A stretch of 64,000 nt of DNA from assembly GCF_009914755.1 (NCBI RefSeq), contig NC_060930.1; one strand, 5' to 3'. Shown here piece after piece: positions 61,229 through 64,000 of the stretch. The position numbers and the translations under genes were made by a program. The stretch's first letter is position 1, and every line of letters begins with the position of its first letter. The notes below the pieces were generated by a model. It was not told where the DNA came from, did no database searches, and saw only the letters and a list, made by a program, of their open reading frames with translations. Origin of the DNA: the human T2T-CHM13v2.0 reference genome, Homo sapiens.

Positions 61229-62430
61229 GTCACCAATGGTATTTTATATTTTAGGTGATAATATTATTAATAATATTGATATCAACTTAAAAAATATCAA
61301 ATATTATCTTCCTCTATTACATTATCTGAAGATCTACCTCATATAGGTCATAATGTTCCTTAAGCATGGTCTTCATTTTTCCCAAATAAGCAAATAGTGA
61401 ACAATGTTGGTCTCATTTCATTTGATTGTATTTGTAGTTGACTGTCCTCTCAACTTCCCCTTAAAATACATATTCACAAATTATTGGCTTTAAAAGTAAT
61501 TATAATAATGCCATCGCTGAAATTTTTTGCTACTTAAAAGCAATATAATGAACAAAACATAGGTTCTTAAATACATGCTTTTTTGTTTTTAAATTCTTGA
61601 GATGCAATTTCTAGAATTTGTATTTTTACAATTTGCTAAGTGTACAGTACAAAAATAGTCTGCTTCTGTGAAGAAAACCTCTGCCAAGAACGTTTTGTTT
61701 TATCTTTATGATGAATGTAGATCCCCATTAAAAAGCACATTTTTCATTTCAAATGTTGAATAAGATGATACTTAAAATAATTCAGTTGGTTAAAATTAGA
61801 TGCTAAGGAAGAAAAAAGCACACACACAAGAGAGTATTTTCTGGTTCTATAATACATTCATTTGATTATAAAATATAACTGTTAATCACTTAATATATAA
61901 AAAGCCAACTGAGTCTTGACATTCATGTTGTTTTGAGTAATGCTTCTTTCTTCATAAATACAAAATAATATTAAACACATTTTTTCAATAACATTGTTAC
62001 ATATTAAATTAACCCACCTTTACTTTTAGTGAATGAAAAAAATACTTAGTAGTATGACTTAATTTTCTTACTGCTACTAGTATGTGATTTTCTTATTTCA
62101 GTCCACATACTGCTTGTCTTAAAAGATAACTCACGATATAATTCCATCAAAGAGGATAGTATAAATTCTCTAAATGTTTGTTTTAGATTTAACCATAGCT
62201 TTCTCTTTACATTATCTATCCAGCTCTTTTACTGAGGGATTTTGATCTTCTACTCATTGGAGGAAACTTTTCCATAAAACCAAAAGCATAACTCCTATCT
62301 GAAATTGTTTATTTCTTCAAAAACATTTATTGTATACCTAAAGCATTCAATTCATTAATAAGGAATCTAGTGATAGGGTTGTTTAATGGGTGAAAAATGC
62401 ACTTTCACTTTCAAACCAATTGAATATTGT

Positions 62431-62778
62431 TGTGGTATGAATGTATCCCCCAAAATTCCTACATTGAAATCCTAATTCCCATGATGGTATTAGAGAGTGG
62501 GCTTTGGGGAGGTTATTAGGTCATGGGGACATAGCCTTCATAAATGGGATTAATGTCTTTATAAAAGAAGCCCTAGAGAGACTCCCTGTTCTTTCCACAT
62601 GTGAGGATATAGATAGAAGGTGCCCTTTATTATCTGAAAAGTGGGCCCATATCAGACACAAAGGCTGTCTTAATCTTGGACTTCCCAACCTTCAGAATAT
62701 TAAGAAATAAATTTTGTTTGTTTATAAGGCACCCAGTTTACGGTACTTTGTTATGGGAGCCCAGATGGATGGAGACAG
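62431..62778 (+). mobile_element. MLT1A-like MaLR LTR
   Basis: 'tatgaatgtatcccccaaaattcc', 'atcttggacttcccaaccttcagaa'. Confidence 0.8.
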
Positions 62779-62795
62779 ACCTATAATACCTAGAT

Positions 62796-62923
62796 CAGTA
62801 TTTTTTAAAGCATGATGCATGGATGAGCTTCATTTAGGACTACCTACAGGTGTTTGTTAATAGTGATTGCTATGGCCTTACACTGGGCTTAATAAACCAG
62901 AATACTTAAATTCAAAACCACTG
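62796..62923. mobile_element. MER5-like hAT fragment
   Basis: 'cagtattttttaaagcatg' ... 'ttcaaaaccactg'. Confidence 0.45.
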
Positions 62924-63366
62924 CTGAGCATGCCACTGCATGTAGAAAGGTGTGAGAGCCACTGAGTTAGAAAGAAAAATGATAGATAGTAGATAATCTA
63001 TATTTAAGTCATTTTCTAATCACAAGCATTTATAATAGATTTGATAATAGTCTGTAAAGAAACGTCTTAGGAAACTAGTCCTGCTATATTCAGGCACCTC
63101 TGCAAATTTTCCACACATCTAATACTTAGTTCCTTGTGCTAATCCTGTTTCATTAAAATATTCTTAAAGAAATTTGTTTGCATATTATTATTGAAATGGT
63201 TCCCAAAATATCTCTATTGAATTACTTCCTTTTCAAAGTATTTTAAAAGAGCAATGATGTATTTTTCTCAGCACACTAACCATCAAGACCTGTTTTATAT
63301 AACCAAGAGTGTTTTAAAGAAATAAATTATGTTTGCCTAGCATCACCCAACTCCATCAGCCAAGAC

Positions 63367-63520
63367 CAGGCACTTAATTTGCAAGTTCTAGTGCAAAATA
63401 GATATGTGCAACTACTTGTTCATTATTTATTATTCATTTCAAAGTGATGGTATCAGAGCATTAGCAGAACCACAGGGCCCTGTAAGACTGCACAGGTTTT
63501 TAATCCATGAAGTTGTCCTT
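63367..63520 (-). mobile_element. MER45A-like hAT element
   Basis: 'taatttgcaagttctagtgcaaaatag', 'gggccctgtaagactgcacaggt'. Confidence 0.6.
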
Positions 63521-63618
63521 GCCAATAGAATACTCATGTGACTTCTACTAGTGAATGACCAAAACATGGTTTAGAAAAAAAAAAAAATTCAAGACTTCAT
63601 TAAAAAAATAAGATATTT

Positions 63619-63915
<297 letters not shown>

Positions 63916-64000
63916 TTATATAATATTTATGTTGTTTAACACCTAAAATTTTTAAACAAAAGTAAGTCCTTTTTTTGTTTTGTTTTGTTTTGTTTTTTTG

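Overview
AT-rich, repeat-dense primate (human-like) genomic DNA, intergenic or deep intronic. I see no host protein-coding exon, tRNA/rRNA or CRISPR. The informative ORFs in the track are transposon remnants, Alu-derived or low-complexity artefacts. Main contents: a full-length decayed HERV-L provirus with MLT2A LTRs (17971-24445, minus); a young L1PA with a 5' inversion and large internal deletion (15367-17253); a nested MER44/Tigger1/THE1/Alu stack (~30.4-35.2 kb); a full-length Hsmar2 mariner (43086-44382); about 15 Alus; many MaLR/ERV1 solo LTRs and old L1/L2/MIR fragments; and two large AT-rich tandem arrays (8.55-11.34 kb and 40.1-42.0 kb). The most notable unexplained structures are an 84-bp near-perfect hairpin (11864-11947), a palindromic minisatellite with block-wise variant spreading and duplicated/inverted flanks, and complementary promoter/polyA asymmetry between the two HERV-L LTRs. 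I cannot support a claim of a new biological system. Repeat subfamily names come from remembered consensus sequences and need RepeatMasker/Dfam confirmation.
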